This document shows positions 1 through 13,383 of a stretch of 64,000 bases of DNA, piece after piece. The translations under genes and the position numbers were made by a program. Where the stretch lies: contig OZ237763.1 of the NCBI GenBank assembly GCA_965178125.1, positions 62,001-126,000 of the forward strand, given 5' to 3'. The DNA comes from Bilabrum cf. latius (Eukaryota). The notes below the pieces were generated by a model, which was given only the letters and a program-made list of their open reading frames with translations, was not told where the DNA came from and did no database searches. Numbering within the stretch: the first letter of the stretch is position 1; every line of letters begins with the position of its first letter.

Positions 1-3000
1 GGTGCTCTTGCCCGACCCGGAAGGACCCACGAGCGCGGTCTGCTTCCCCGGGGGCATGTCCAGGGTCACCCCCTGCAGCACCCTGACCTCGGGTCTGGAG
101 GGATACGCGAAGGTCACGTCCACCAGACGGAAGTGCCCCTTGTATTCGCTATCCTCGGGCACGAAGCCGTCGTGCTGCCAGGGACCAGCGGCGGCGGCCT
201 TCTCCTTCCTGACCAGCTCCTTGGCGGCCTCGGACCCGCGACCCCACCCCTTCGAGTGCGGCATGTTGCGGCCCTTGGGTGTCCGGTCGATCAGGTAGAA
301 GATGCTCTCCTTGGCTGCCTCGGCCCGCCCCTGGTCGCCCAGGAAGGACGACGCCTGCCCGGCGCCCGTGGCGGCAAAGGCCAGGGCGAAGAAGCAGCGC
401 GTGATGCTGCAAAAAAGGGAGAGTCAAGAGAAAACAAGGAAGGATGGAACAGGTAGCTCGGGGTGGGTGGCAAACACAAGTACAAGAGAGGGGCTAGCAG
501 TGGGAAGTAGCCGGCGATCAGCTCACTCTTCGAATCCCCCGATCCATCCCTTGTCCAGGAACTGTGCCCCGGCCCAGAATGCGAGTGCGTAGAAGGAGAA
601 GATGACCAGCTGGTTGGCGCCCATGGCCAGCCCCCCCGTGAGCCCCTTCTTGATCCCGATGGCGGCCTGGCCCTCCAGCTTCTGCTCGAACAGCCGCTGG
701 ATGAAGCCCTGCATGCGGAAGGACTTGACGATTCGGATGGCGGTCATGGCCTCGGTGGCGACCTGGGTGGCAGATTCCACCCCCTCCCGGCCCGCGTCCT
801 CCAGCCCCAGCTAAGCCCGCATCTGCATCTGGCCCGTGATCATGATCAGCGGCACGACTCCGATGATGACGAGTGACAGCAGCCACGTGGCGGTGAAGGC
901 GATGATGAGGCCGGCCAAGAACGTGAACATGATCTGCAGCTGCGTGCCCAGCCTCTCCCCCGAGGTCAGCCGCACCAGTGTGGCGTCCATGGCCAGTCGT
1001 GCCACCAGCCGCCCGCTCGCGTTCTCCTCCCGGTCGAAGAAGGACACGTCCTGCTCCATGATGGCCACCATCGTGGCGGCTCGTAGCCTCGTGGTGAGCC
1101 TCGAGCCCACGTAGTCGAACATAGACACCTTGATGTAGTCGGCGATGGCCGCCCCGATGGCCAGGCCGGCGAACCCCAGGGCATAATTGCGCACCCCGGT
1201 CTCCAGCTGCGAGTCCACCGGGTTGTAGTACACCGTGATCATCTCAGTCAGGATGATGGCGTAGACTGCGGGAATGAGGGGAGAGAAGGGACGGGGAGTG
1301 GCAGCAAAGGAAATGAGGTGCAGGGGTGGGGGTGGGGGCAATTCGAATCCAGCGCGAGCCTACGGTGCATTGCAGTGCGGTGCTCATCGATCTCACCGGG
1401 GAACACGGAGCCCATGCACGCGGCCGCCACGACGCCCGTCCAGAATGCGCACTGCTCGTCCTTCTGGTACTCGAGTATGCGAGATAGGTTCACGGGCGCC
1501 CTCGATGCGGTGACGAGCATGAAGAGCAACTTGGCGTCTCCGCTGGTGGAGGGCAGCACCAGCGCGCCCTCGGTCACGGCGGGCCGCAGGTCCTCGTCCC
1601 TGGCCTTGCCTGCCTTGAGCCTCTGCAGCTTCTGCTCCGCCAGCTTGGCCGCGCTGGCCGTCTCTGCGTCCTTCTTGTCTTTGCCCTTGCCCTTTCCTTT
1701 GGGGGTGCTGCCCTCGGCCTCCGCGGCCGCTGCAGCGTCTGCCTCTTCCTCGCCCGCGGCCTCCCCCCCCCCACCGTCCTTCCTCTCCTTGGCCTCCATC
1801 TCGAGGGCGGCCTGCGCGCTGGCAGAGGCTGCCTTCATGTACTTGTCCCCACTGCGGGGATGAGCCAGGTAGAGCCCCTGGGGCAGCTTGCCCTGCACCG
1901 CGGCGCGCACCGCTGCCTGGAACCCCTCCGAGTCGGGAGCGGGGAAGGGCTCCTGGCCCACGGCCTGGGCCTTGAGCGGGTGGCACTCCAGACCCGTCCA
2001 CCACCGGACGAGGTTCTCCCTCTCCGAGTCGCACATCCTGGACGTGGACCTCCACAGCGCGTCCACCTCGGGGCTGTCCGCGGTCAGGTACACCTCCCCT
2101 GAGGACCCCTCCTCGTCCTCCCGCTCCTCCATGGGCGTCTCGCGGCCGTCCACAAAGGCAGGTGACTTGCTTCTCCTCCTCTCGGCGGCCTCGGCCGTCT
2201 CGCCCTCCGGGCCCGCGTACTGCACCATGCCCTTCAGCACCTCCAGCACCTTCTCTGCTGCACTGCCGTCAGGCTGCGCGGGCAGAGCACCATCCCCGTC
2301 ACTTGTCGGCCCCTGCGGCTCCGGCTGGCCCACGCTGAGGTCCAGACCCTGACCCGCGCCCCCCGAGGCGCTGTTTTCCTTAGTCTCCTGCTCCTCGCCG
2401 TCGGTGAGGAGCACCTGGCCGGAGCTGGCCCCTGCCCCTGCTCCCGCCGCCTCGCCCTCTTCCTCTGCCTCCTCCTCGCTGTTGTCCCCCGTCTTGCGCA
2501 GCCGCTGCTGGTCGTACAGCCGGCGGTACACGCCCGGCGCGTCCTCCGCGGGGTCCATGAGCTCGGCATGCGTGCCCGACTCGATCAGCCTGCCCCCGTC
2601 AAGCACCACGATGCGGTCGGCCCGGGTCACGGTGGACAGCCGATGCGCGATCACGAGGCAAGTGAGCCCCTGCTGGGTACCGCCTCCCGTCTGCTCCTTG
2701 TTCCCTGCAGCGGATCCCGCCTTGGTGTTCCCTGCGATGAGCTCGTCGATGGCGGCCTGCACCACCCTCTCGCTGTTGGTGTCCAGCGCGCTCGTGGCCT
2801 CGTCCAGGCACAGCACGGGGGCCTTGCGCATGAGCGCACGCGCGATGGACAGCCGCTGCCGCTGGCCCCCGCTCACCTGCCCGCCCCTCTCCCCCACCCT
2901 CGTGGCGAACCCGCGCCGCATGTCCTCCACGAACTCCCTCGCGTTGCCCTCGTGGGCCGCACCCCGGAGCCGCTCCACCACGGCACGCAGGCGATCGGGG

Positions 3001-5436
3001 AGGTCGGCCGTGGGGTCCCCCTCGGGGGCAGGGGACCGCGCCCGGGCCGCCCCGGCGCTAGCCCTCGAAGCAGACCTCAGCAACCTCCTCTGGTTGGCCT
3101 CCTGCGCCAGGGCGCCCACCACCCTCTGCATGTCGGCGTCGGAGGGACGCTCGTCGGCGCGCATGCCCATGAGGATGTTCTCACACACGGAGGAGGAAAA
3201 CAGAGCGCTGTCCTGGGACACCAGGGCCATTTGTTCCCTGAGCCAGGCCACGTCCAGCTCCTTGACGTCCCTCCCGTCCAGCAGCACCTTCCCCTCGTCT
3301 GGGTCGTAGAACCGCATGGCCAGCTGGATGATGGTGCTCTTGCCCGACCCGGAGGGACCCACCAGGGCCACGGTCTGCCCCGGCTCGATCTTCAGGTTGA
3401 AGCGCTTCAGCACCGGCACGTCGGGCCTCGAAGGGTACGCGAAGGTCACGTTGCGGAACTCAATGGCGCCGCGCGCGGGCTGGCCGGGGACGGCGCCGTT
3501 GGGCTTGTCGTCGTCGGGTCTCTCGATCTTGGGCTGCCTGTCGATGACTTGGAAGATCCTGTACGCCGCTGCCCGCGCCGACGCCAGCGTTCCCACCACG
3601 GGCGAGAAGTTACCGATGGCGAAGGACCCGATGAGAGCGGAGAAGAAGACCAGCAGCACGTCTCCGCCCGTGATGCAGTCTGCGGCGAACACGTCCGTCC
3701 TGCACTCGGGGTGGTCCTCCCTCGAGTCCACGATCAAGATGCCGCCCACGGCGCACCCCACGGCATACGCCCCGAAGATCCCGATCCACAGCCCTCCGAC
3801 GGCCATGGCAACGACAGAGGCGCCCGCCTGGCCGACCCTCTGCGCCAGGCCGATGTGCTTGGAGTACCTCGTCTGCTCCGCCACGTCACCGAGGAAGCCG
3901 TGCACGGTCCGGACCTGGGTGATGGCCTCCTGGGCGATGGACCCTCCGCGCGCATAGGCGTCCCCCTGCAGTCGAGTGAGCCTCTGCTTAGAGACCACGA
4001 GGAGACCCATGGGAATGGCCATCAGGGGCAGCATCGCGGTGATGGTCAGCGCCAGCACCCACGCCTTGGGGGTCACGGCGAAGGCCACGATATACCCGGT
4101 GAAGAAGGTCGCTGCGTGCATGGCCCCCTGACCGATTTTCTCCCCCAGCGCCTCGGCGATTCCCATGGTGTCCTCGGTGAGACGGCCCGCGACTTCTCCC
4201 GGCTCGTTCTGGTCGTACCACGCGACGTCTGCCCTCAGCTGAGCCCTGAGGTAGGCGGCCCGGATGCGCTGCAGCTGGTTGTCCTGGGCCACTGAGAGGG
4301 CGAGGTTCTGCGGGGTGAAAGGGGAGGGGCGAGGAAGTGGGGGAGGGCAACGGGGTGAATGCACATGAGAATGAAGATTGAATGCAGTACTAGGGTGTGT
4401 GCATCCGTGACAAAGATCCAGGGGGGGAGGGGGGGGGAGGGGGGGGGGGATGCGGCGCGCCTTTGTTGGGCGACATGCAACGGACGCACTGAGAAACTGC
4501 AGGTCGTTTGTTGAAAGAGGGCCCCGCCTGTCTCTCACTGAGATGGTCGCTGCTACGGCAGCTCCTACTCCCAGGTACACGAAGTTGACTGCTACCCCAC
4601 TGCGGCGGAATTGGGTTCGTAGAAACGAATTTGCCAAGCACGGTGCGAGTGTTCGTCGCGGCGTGGCGGGCGAAATGGCCCGCAACCCCGCAAAAAATGG
4701 TACAACAGGGCTGTGGAGGCAGTGAGAGCCGAATGCCAAGCCACAAGGCATGCACACACTGAATCCAAATTACATACGCATATGCTGGATCGATCAAAGC
4801 GTGAATCGAGGTGTGGAAGCCGTGACACGCAAAAGGAGTAGCCAATCCCCGCATTTTGCGTGCAGCTCGTTCAACTCACGCGATCTGATCCGTGAGGTCG
4901 TCCGCCTAGAATCCATCGAACAAATCTCTGCGTGAATATCAAATGGAAAGCTGGCACTGGGTGAGACAGAATCACAGCAGGGCGCTACTTCTTGGGAGAA
5001 TGCAGATGCCACGTCCAAGTTGGCTTCGGGATGGTTCCCCCACATGGCTGGTACCTCCAAGCATAGCGTCTCACCGAAATAGAACAGCGAACAATGGCAT
5101 CACCGCACCCTGAGCGCACGAGAACACAAGTCCAATCACGGTTAGAAAGACATCGCAGCTGGTAGCAAACCGCCAAAGCGCGAAGCAGCCGGTCTGCTGC
5201 TGCGATTCATCCTCCTCTCCGCCGGCAGATGCTTCGTCAGAACTCTTTTTATCGTTATTACTTGGGCAGAGGAGCCGATAGCACGATACCTGAGCTAGGA
5301 TGCGCTCTTCCTCGATTCGAATCTGCGCTTGTCGGTCTGCCTCTACTTCGCGACCAGACCTTGCTTCGGTCTTTGGACCATCAGCAGGAGTTACCTAAGC
5401 CTATGTTTCATTGGTTTTGCTGGCTACTGCAGCCAT
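1..5436 (-). CDS. ABCB: ABC transporter subfamily B (P-glycoprotein/MDR-like, full-length TMD-NBD-TMD-NBD), 3' end beyond window
   Basis: NBD1 Walker [10 protein letters not shown], signature VSGGQRQR, Walker [12 protein letters not shown]; the second Walker A lies at the window edge. Introns 407-526, 1266-1396, 4308-4538, 4600-4879 and 4928-5074 are GTGAG..GCAG and keep frame. ATG at 5436. In-frame TAG at 811, 4906, 5395, 5401. Confidence 0.93.
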
Positions 5437-5618
5437 TTCCTTCCGACGACGTCCACCAACGGAAGGGGAAAATGAACAAAGTAGTTGCCTTCTCGAGCAA
5501 AATGTGAAAGATGAAGAGGATGGATTCCGATTTAGTACGATGAATCGAACGGTACAATGAATTGGTGCCTCGTCGACAGCAAATCAGATAAGTTTTTGCT
5601 GCGTACGGGCGGAAAGAC
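5437..5618. promoter_or_regulatory. Probable bidirectional promoter, ABCB/aldolase
   Basis: About 180 bp AT-richer spacer between divergent start codons. Confidence 0.5.
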
Positions 5619-7054
5619 ATGTCATCGTTTGCTGCTGAGCTGATTGCAACTGCTGTGAGTATTTAATTACACTGTAGAAGCAGAATATATGGTGTAAACT
5701 TCGTTTTTGTGGCGGAAACCACGTGCGAATACTCCATGTTCGGATCTAGTGTTTCTTGCGCGTCCGCTGCGCTGTGCAAGCTCCTGCGACTAGATCTTTG
5801 GTCTATGTACCCATTAATACATAAAATGGAATGATGTGGTCGTCTGACGGCCTGGGGTGCTCAGGGAGGCGATGTTGAGACGCAGATGCGCGGCAGATGG
5901 TCCACGATGTGTCGCGGTCGTGGCGCTGTCATGCGACCCTAGGGCCTTTGCAACATCGATCGCCTTCCATTCCCGTATATACGTGTGTAACCGTACCATT
6001 TGACCCGTTTGTATCGCAGAACGCCCTCGTGGCACCCGGCAAGGGCATCCTCGCGTCGGATGAGAGCACTGGCACCATTGGGAAGCGCTTCGCCCCCATC
6101 GGCGTGGAGAACACCGAGGACAACCGCCGCAAGTACCGCGAGCTGCTTTACTCCACCAAGGGCCTGGGCGAGTACATCAGCGGCGCCATCATGTTCGAGG
6201 AGACGCTCTTCCAGAACGCCGCCGACGGCACTCCGTTCGTGGACATGTGCAAGGCCCAGGGCATCATCCCCGGCATCAAGGTAGACAAGGGCGTGAAGCC
6301 TCTGGCAGGCACGGACGGCGAGACTGTCACTCAGGGCATCGACGGGCTGGGCGAGCGCTGCGCCAAGTACTACGCGCAGGGCGCCCGGTTCGCCAAGTGG
6401 CGCGGTGTGATCAAGATCACCGACTCGGGGGCCCCCTCCGAGCTCGCCATCGCGGAGAACACCTCCCGGCTAGCGCGCTATGCCTCCATCTGCCAGCAGA
6501 ACGGCCTGGTCCCCATCGTGGAGCCCGAGATCCTCATGGACGGCAAGCACTCGATCGAGCGCGCCGCCGCCGTCACCGAGAAGGTCCTCGTCGCGCAGTA
6601 CAAGGCCCTCTCGGACCACCACGTGCTCCTCGAGGGCACCCTGCTGAAGCCCAACATGGTGCGACCGGGTGCCGACTCCGGTGCCAAGACGGACCCCGTG
6701 GCTGTGGGCCGGTCCACCGTGCGGGTGCTGCAGCACGCGCTGCCCGTTGCCGTGCCCGGCGTGGTGTTCCTGTCGGGCGGCATGTCCGAGGAGGACGCCA
6801 CCGTGTGCCTGGACGCGATGAACAAGGTCGAGGCCAAGAAGCCGTGGAGCCTCACCTTTTCGTACGGGCGGGCCCTGCAGGCCTCGGTGCTCAAGGCGTG
6901 GGGAGGCAAGGACGAGAACATCAAGGCCGCGCAGGACGCGCTCACCGTGCGCGCCAAGGCCAATGGAGAGGCTTGCGAGGGCAAGTACGGCGGCGGTGCT
7001 GCTGCCGGAGGAGCCGCCTCCGAGAGCCTGCACGTGAGCGGGTACGTGTACTGA
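5619..7054 (+). CDS. FBA: Fructose-bisphosphate aldolase class I (cytosolic type)
   Basis: Exon 1 5619-5654 ([12 protein letters not shown]), intron 5655-6019, exon 2 with [27 protein letters not shown] (Schiff-base Lys), FSYGRALQ and C-terminal Tyr. Ends TGA; no internal TAG. Confidence 0.97.
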
Positions 7055-7442
7055 GTTCCGGCGGGAAGCTTCGCGGCGGCGCCTGCGCCTGTGCCTCCTC
7101 GCGGTTGCCTGTAGGTTTTGTCATTGCTCTGAATAGGGATATAGAATACAGCTGGGAACAATAGCTCAGCCTCGCTATGTGGCCGCGTCCAGCAATCGCA
7201 ACCGGCGGATAAGATAAAGTAGGACTCAAACTTCGCATCGGACAAACTCAATACATAGTTAACACACGGACAGTCTTGCAATAATACATGGCAATACCGT
7301 CCCGGCACGGTGCACGTGATGGCAGAGCACCGAATCCATCCGAGAATTCAGTGCCGTTCAGGCCGAATCCATCGCAATACCAGTGGGTCCTCCTGGCCCT
7401 GCGCCTGCAATCGAAGCACCGCAGGACCACAGGCCCCGGATA

Positions 7443-10400
7443 TCACTTCTTACGAGCCAGCACCTCGACGAGCTGCGGTCGACGGACCCCGGCGGTCCAC
7501 CCGTCCAACCGCCGCAGCTCGTCAGGCGCCCCTTGCTCGTCGCAGAGCCGATCCAGCGAGGACTCTATGGACGCCACGAGATGGTCCGCGACCATGGACT
7601 CGCACACGGGTACTCTCCGCATGGTTGGGGCCATCCTACCCACGGCCCTCAGCCAGAGCCCCTCCCTCTCCCCGGGCACTCCCGCCGACACCCCCCCCAC
7701 AGCGGAGAGCCCCTTGGTGCTGTCTGCCCAGCTCAGCCTGCTCCGCTCGTCGTCCTGCCTCCCCTTTACTTCCCCTTGTTCCCCAGCAGCAGCAGGGTCT
7801 GGCTCCCGCTCCCAGGTGTATCCCAGCTGCATGATCACCCCAGGCACCGTGTACATCCATCGGTCCAGCGACTGGGCCCGGCGCATTGACACGGCACCGG
7901 TTATGGCACCGCTTGCAACCGATGCAGCAGCAGCAGCAGCAGCAGATCTGCCAACCGCCTCTCTGTCGCTGTCGCTGTCCCTCTCCCGCGCGATCTCGGC
8001 CGCTGCATCATCAGCCGCAGCCGTCGGGGATCGAATCCACGCCGATCTGGTCTTTCCCCCTGTTCCCTATCCCCTGCCTGTTCCCTGCTCAGGCCCTCCC
8101 GCTGTTCCCCCCACCCTGTGGATCCTGTGTTCCCCCCTCCACAGCTCCTGCGAGTGCACTGCGCAGTCCAGTCGCTGCAGGGCCTCCGCACGGCCGGCGG
8201 GATCGTCCACCGGTGGATTGGCCGACACTCCGTGTGCCCTCGGGTCAGAGGCCACGGCGTCCCGAGTCGCCGCGTGCAGGGCCAGCAGGGTCTGCCTCGG
8301 TGTGCCTGCCGTGTGACGAGTGCTCGCTCCCGGGACTGGCGCCTGCCTTTGCTTCGGGCCTGCTTGCACTGCTCCATCCGCCTCTTGTTTGGCAGGCGTC
8401 CCTCCGCCTATGCCTGGCAGCATGCCCAGCAGCCCGCCCCACCCACTCCGGAGCACGGCAGCGGCCGCTTGCCAGCTGGCAGTCGGCGCGCTGGCACCAC
8501 CGTTGTTCCCTGGCCCAGCCCCCTCCTTGGCTCCTTGCTCCTTCCCATGGTGAACCCGCCGCCCTTCCCCTTGACCTCTGCCCAGCAATCCGCCCACCGC
8601 CATCACAGCCTCGAGGGTCACCTCCAGCACCCTCGCCGCGCCCTCCGCCACGTCAGCCTGCCTGCCGTCCCCCGCCCGCACATCTCGCTGCCTGCCGTCC
8701 TCCTCCCTGTGCCCCCAGCCTTGCTCCGCGCTGCCGTTCGCGCCCCCCGAGTTGGAGAGATTGCCTTGCCGCCCCTGTGACCCGTTCCCTGCTCTGGCAC
8801 TTTGACTGCTGGAAGGATTCGGAGCTGACGAGCCCAGCGATGAAGAAGACGCCTAGGACTAGGAGAGGGAGGGGTCTGCAGAAGCAGAAGCAGAACCAGA
8901 ATCGTGGGTTCCTGCCCACGACACCAGTCGGCCCCACAGCCCTGACCTGAGGCTCGCCTGCTGGCTCTCCTTCTCCCCTCCCGCTTCGCTGCTGCCAGCT
9001 GCTGCACCTCCTGCGCTGCCGGCCGACCCAACAGCAGCGCCTGCAGCAGCTTCCACGCCCACGCCACTGCGGCTCCCACTGCCAATACCCGCAGCCTCCC
9101 AAATCCCGCGGATAGCCTGTGGGACCCGCCCCAACCGACCCAGCCCAACCCCGAGCCCCTGGCCCAGCGCAGTCGCTCGGTCATACCAGCCCACGGGCAG
9201 CACCGCAGCGGGCTGCAGCTGCGGCACCAGGGCCCCCGCCACAGCCGCCCCCACCACCCTGATCTCGCTGAGGTAGTCGATCTCCGGGTCTCGCATCACG
9301 TCCAGCTTGAGGGCAGAGATGCTCTCCAGGTGCAGACGGGGGACCATGTCAGTCCCGTGCACGAAGGACCTGACCCCGCAGTCCTCCATAGCCTGCGCCA
9401 GCGAGGGGCTAAAGAAGGCTGGAGTGGAGAAACACCACCCCTCCACCCTCTCCCGGGCCACTCCCAGGGCCCAGGGGGCATCGTGAGCCGCGAGTGCGGC
9501 TACCCCCGCGCCCATGGAGTGACCCACGAAAGAAAGGCCGTACCCCTTCAGCCCCTCGGATCGGATCAGAGGCCCCAGCACCTCCCTGTACATGCTCTCC
9601 CTCAGGGTGCGGTACATCTGCAGCGCACCTGCGTGCACCCTCCCGCCGTGCCACGGCTCCGGCCTTGCAGCGATGGTGGCCACGCACTCCATGAGCGACC
9701 ACATGCCACGGATGACCACCACCACCTTCTTCCGGGAGTGGTCCAGCAGCACGAAGCTGCAGGGCCTGAGGTCATGCAGCGACCCACCGAAATCGCTCCA
9801 CACCAGCTCCACCGGACCGTGGGCGGGAGCAACCCCCTAGCCGCTACCGTTGCTAGCACGCGTGCCGTCCTCGCTCTAGACTCTTTTCAACCTGTCCCTC
9901 GCTCGGGCTGTCTGATCCTCCAGAAGCTCGGCAGGGTCTCCAAACCGTCGCACGCCAGCCCCCTTCTTTCCGTGCGGATCACGCAACCCCCTTGCGTCGT
10001 ACGGTCCCGTGGGCACCCTGCAGTTCTCTTTTACGGCCCGCCGCACCCCTGCCTCCCCCTCTTCGTACGAGGCCCCAGCCAGCGCCAGCCAGTGCCTCAG
10101 CTCCGAGACGTCCTCCCAGCCGAGCCCACCCACCGGGTCGAAGGCGAGAGGGAGAGGGAGTGGGAGAGAGAGGGGCGAGGTGAGCGCACCTCCGGTCTTA
10201 GGGAGTTGCTTCGCACCACTGGACTCGGAGTCTCTTTCTTGCCTGGCCCTATCCGCCGCTTGTTCCCTGAATGAAGCGAGGGCACCAGCGGGAGAGCCAC
10301 CAATCCACGAGAGGCCGTGGGCCGTGGATTCTCCTGCCGGTGCTCTCGAGTGGACAGGTAGGCCTGATCCAGCTCCCGCTTGGTCTCGCCGTGCTTCCGA

Positions 10401-11633
10401 CTCTGGCCACTCGCCATCCTCAGGCAGCTTCACCAGCCCCATGGTGACCCACGGCGACTCACTCACGATGGGCGGTGCCAGAGGCGGCCTTCCCCGCTCC
10501 CTCCTGGCCCGTTGTTCCCCCGTCCTGTGCCTCACCCACACCGTGGCACCGAGGAAGAGCAGCACGTCCTCCGCAGTGAACATACCGTCCTCCGTGCGTG
10601 CCAGGTCCAGGACGGTGCGGAGGACCAGTCGGGCGGAGGGGGGCAGCATGGGCACCACCGTGCGATGCATCAGGGCGGCCACGCGGGTCCATCGGTCCAG
10701 GGCCGCAGCGGCGGCGGCGGCATCAGCATCTGTGGATGTGGCAACACCGGCCGCTGCGTCAGCGCTGGAGAGGGACGCGTGGGATTGCGCGGCGCCCCTC
10801 GGTGCGGAACTACCGTGGTACTTCCCAAGTTTGCCGGTCTGATCGTCCCAGGGCAAAGCGCTAATACTATCTTTGCTTTGCTGGCTGTTTGCACGCCGCT
10901 GAGGGCGATCTCTGGCGGCGCCGGGGCCAGCGGGTGGCTCTCCGCCAGATCCGCGCAGCTTGCGGTTGCCCTGATGACGATTGCTTATATTTGAAACTTT
11001 TCGATGCCTGGGGAGCCTTCCGGGGCCATCTGCTGGTGCCGGTGGTGCATGGTTCGCTGTGCCGCTTCGCGAGGTAGTCCAAGCATCCAACAGGCCTTTT
11101 CCGCGTTCCCCACGTCGCCAAGCCTCCCGAAGTTCTTGCACTGCATCTGAGATCCCGTGTGGATCGTGCAACCGCGGGACATGCTGGGGATGCTACTCCC
11201 TGCTGTCAGATGGCCGGCTAGTATAGATCTACCGCCTCCACCAACCCTTTCGAGCACGGCGTTCTGCGCATGTAAAACAGAAGGAAAGATTGATAATGTA
11301 AGGGTTGAATGCTGCATGCTTATTGCAGTTGCTTGCATGGGGCTAGCTGATGGTAAACGTGTCACTGGCAGTTCGTGAAGCACTGTGGCACTGCCAGTGG
11401 CAGACCGAATACTAGCATTCATCATCGAGTGGTTTAAGCTATATGCAAGGAAACTACTCACCGGAATGGCACTAGGACTTCAAATTGCCTCTAACAACAC
11501 CAAAACTAAATCTATGCAAGAAACGGCTACGGGTCAAAGGGCCTGAATACCTCGCAGCTACGCCTCTCCTTCTGACTGCTTCATGGAATCCCACACGTAA
11601 AAGCGAACTGGCGCTGTGTAATTGGGATGGCAT
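7443..11633 (-). CDS. Lipase class 3 / DAG-lipase-like alpha/beta hydrolase, about 1330 aa
   Basis: VVVIRG, GHSMGAG nucleophile elbow, DMVPRL and late MVADH. Track ORFs 9876-11171, 8859-9812, 8067-8681 and 7443-7892 are one frame joined across TAGs (8067, 8853, 8859, 9837, 9876, 11193, 11229). Putative intron 11264-11461 and Arg-rich first exon are less certain. Ends TGA. Confidence 0.8.
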
Positions 11634-12302
11634 GCCAATCGGCACGAAAAGCCTGCGGTGCGCATGATCTTGGCAGGCTAGTTTTGATCTCCATCTTCAT
11701 TAATTGCAGTGAAGAAAGCACAGCGTGGTGCAGCACCGTATATCTTGAGGGGCTGCGCATTCACATTCGCTGAACACAGCAGTGGTCACTAAGTGAACAA
11801 TGGAGATGTGCTCTAATCCCGGCGAGTGTGGCTTGATGCGTTACCCTCTGCGTATGCGGCACCTGCCCACCGCTGCCGCGTCTGCCAGTGGCGACATTGT
11901 CAGTGCCGCCTCGTTGCCCCTCGTCTGTTTGCTATCACCGGGATACTTTCACCTGGATTGCTGCTCCTGGAAGTATGGCCCCCTCCACCTCCCAGTGCCA
12001 GGGTAGTCCTCACGCGCGCTCCTGCTGCTGGCGCTCCTGCTGCTCCTGCTGCCAGTGCTCCTGCTGCTGCTCCCGACCAGGTCCTGACGCGTGCTGATTC
12101 GAATCTTGACTGGCGCCGACCTCCAAACGCGGCCAGAACGGCGCTTTAGTGTTGCGTGCAGAAACTGAACCGCCCGCTGGTACCCCGCTCGCTCTCCCGC
12201 CGAAACGCAAGGTGCCAGACTGGCAATGCCAGTGGCGAACATTCGTGAAACCCTATACCACTCGGCAGATATTTCAGGGCGCCCCAGTAGGCGGGGAAGA
12301 GA

Positions 12303-13119
12303 ATGCAGCGATACGCAAGACTAGGTAGAGTGTTGAAGTCATCGCTTTTGTCTGCTGATGTCTGCAAGCGCTGCCTTTCGTAGCGAGCCGCTATCTGTGC
12401 CGTGACAGATTCTAGGCTTCCAGTTCTGAATTCGCGTGCAAGCCCTACGTTTGCTCATCGTATGCTTGGAGTAAGGTACATGGGAATCATGGACTCTGTC
12501 TCCGGGTACATGCAATCATCATAGGCAAAGGCATCTGCAGACAAGCAGAGTGAGGGCACCACGTTGACTGCATGCCGGCCTCTCACTTCAGCAGGCCATT
12601 CAGCACTAGTCTGTAACTGATGTACTTTTTATCGCAGAGGAGACATTTAAAGCTATTGTGACCTACATGTAGGAGCAAGAATCGTTCACATTGGCGAACT
12701 ACAAGCAGATGCTCGCTGATCTACGAGAATCGTCGGGCATCGATTCGTGGCGCTCCAAGATGACGCCAGCCGACCAGAAAGCGGCCGTTGAAGAGTTTTT
12801 CGTAGACCTTAAGATCCTTGAGAGCTGTCCCGAGGAGGACCTGGCGACCCAGGGCACGCAGCTGAAACGCTCGAGCCGCACCAAGATGGCCGAGGGCGCC
12901 AAGGTGAGCATGTCTCAGGTGGGCCAGATGCTCAAGTCGTTCGAGGAGCGGCTCCGCATGCACCAGTGGATCCACGCCCGCATGAAGAAGAACCTCCCCG
13001 TGCCCGAGGACTAGAACTCATTCATGGCCATGATGCAGTCCAGTCCCATGGGGCAGGCCAGCCGCAAGGCGCAGATGAAGGCCATGGGCCGCATGAGGGG
13101 CAAGCCGAGGAGGGTGTGA
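12303..13119 (+). CDS. Mitochondrion-targeted protein with SRP54/Ffh M-domain-like region (MAP67-like)
   Basis: Arg/Ser/Leu-rich presequence MQRYARLGRVLKSS; intron 12550-12637. FTLANYKQML and KILESCPEED..KRSSRTKMAEGAKVSMSQVGQMLKSF resemble the Ffh M-domain. TAG at 12381, 12522, 12670, 13012. Ends TGA; 242 aa. Confidence 0.7.
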
Positions 13120-13383
13120 CTGCTCGACAGGCCTGGGGATATACTGTTGATGGAATCGAATCGAGCAACGGTGCAAAGAACGGGATTTTACATGATTAAA
13201 CAATCAAGAGTACCACTCAAATGAATGCACGCTGTAAACGCATATCGCATGTGCACTGACCGCAAGGCCAGCCATGCATACCCTTACCGAGCAAGACAGA
13301 CGAACTATGTCTGATGCCAATGCTGGTAGAAAGGGCCAAGGGCAGCCCCGAGCATGACTCTCTCTGCCCCACTGCATCCTGAT

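Noticed and set aside
811-813. UAG = Leu, Met, Lys or pyrrolysine
   Set aside because: Single sites are compatible (ABCB hydrophobic column, GCDH Lys column), but six TAG/CAG paralog swaps and polar linker contexts favour Gln. No pyl genes seen.
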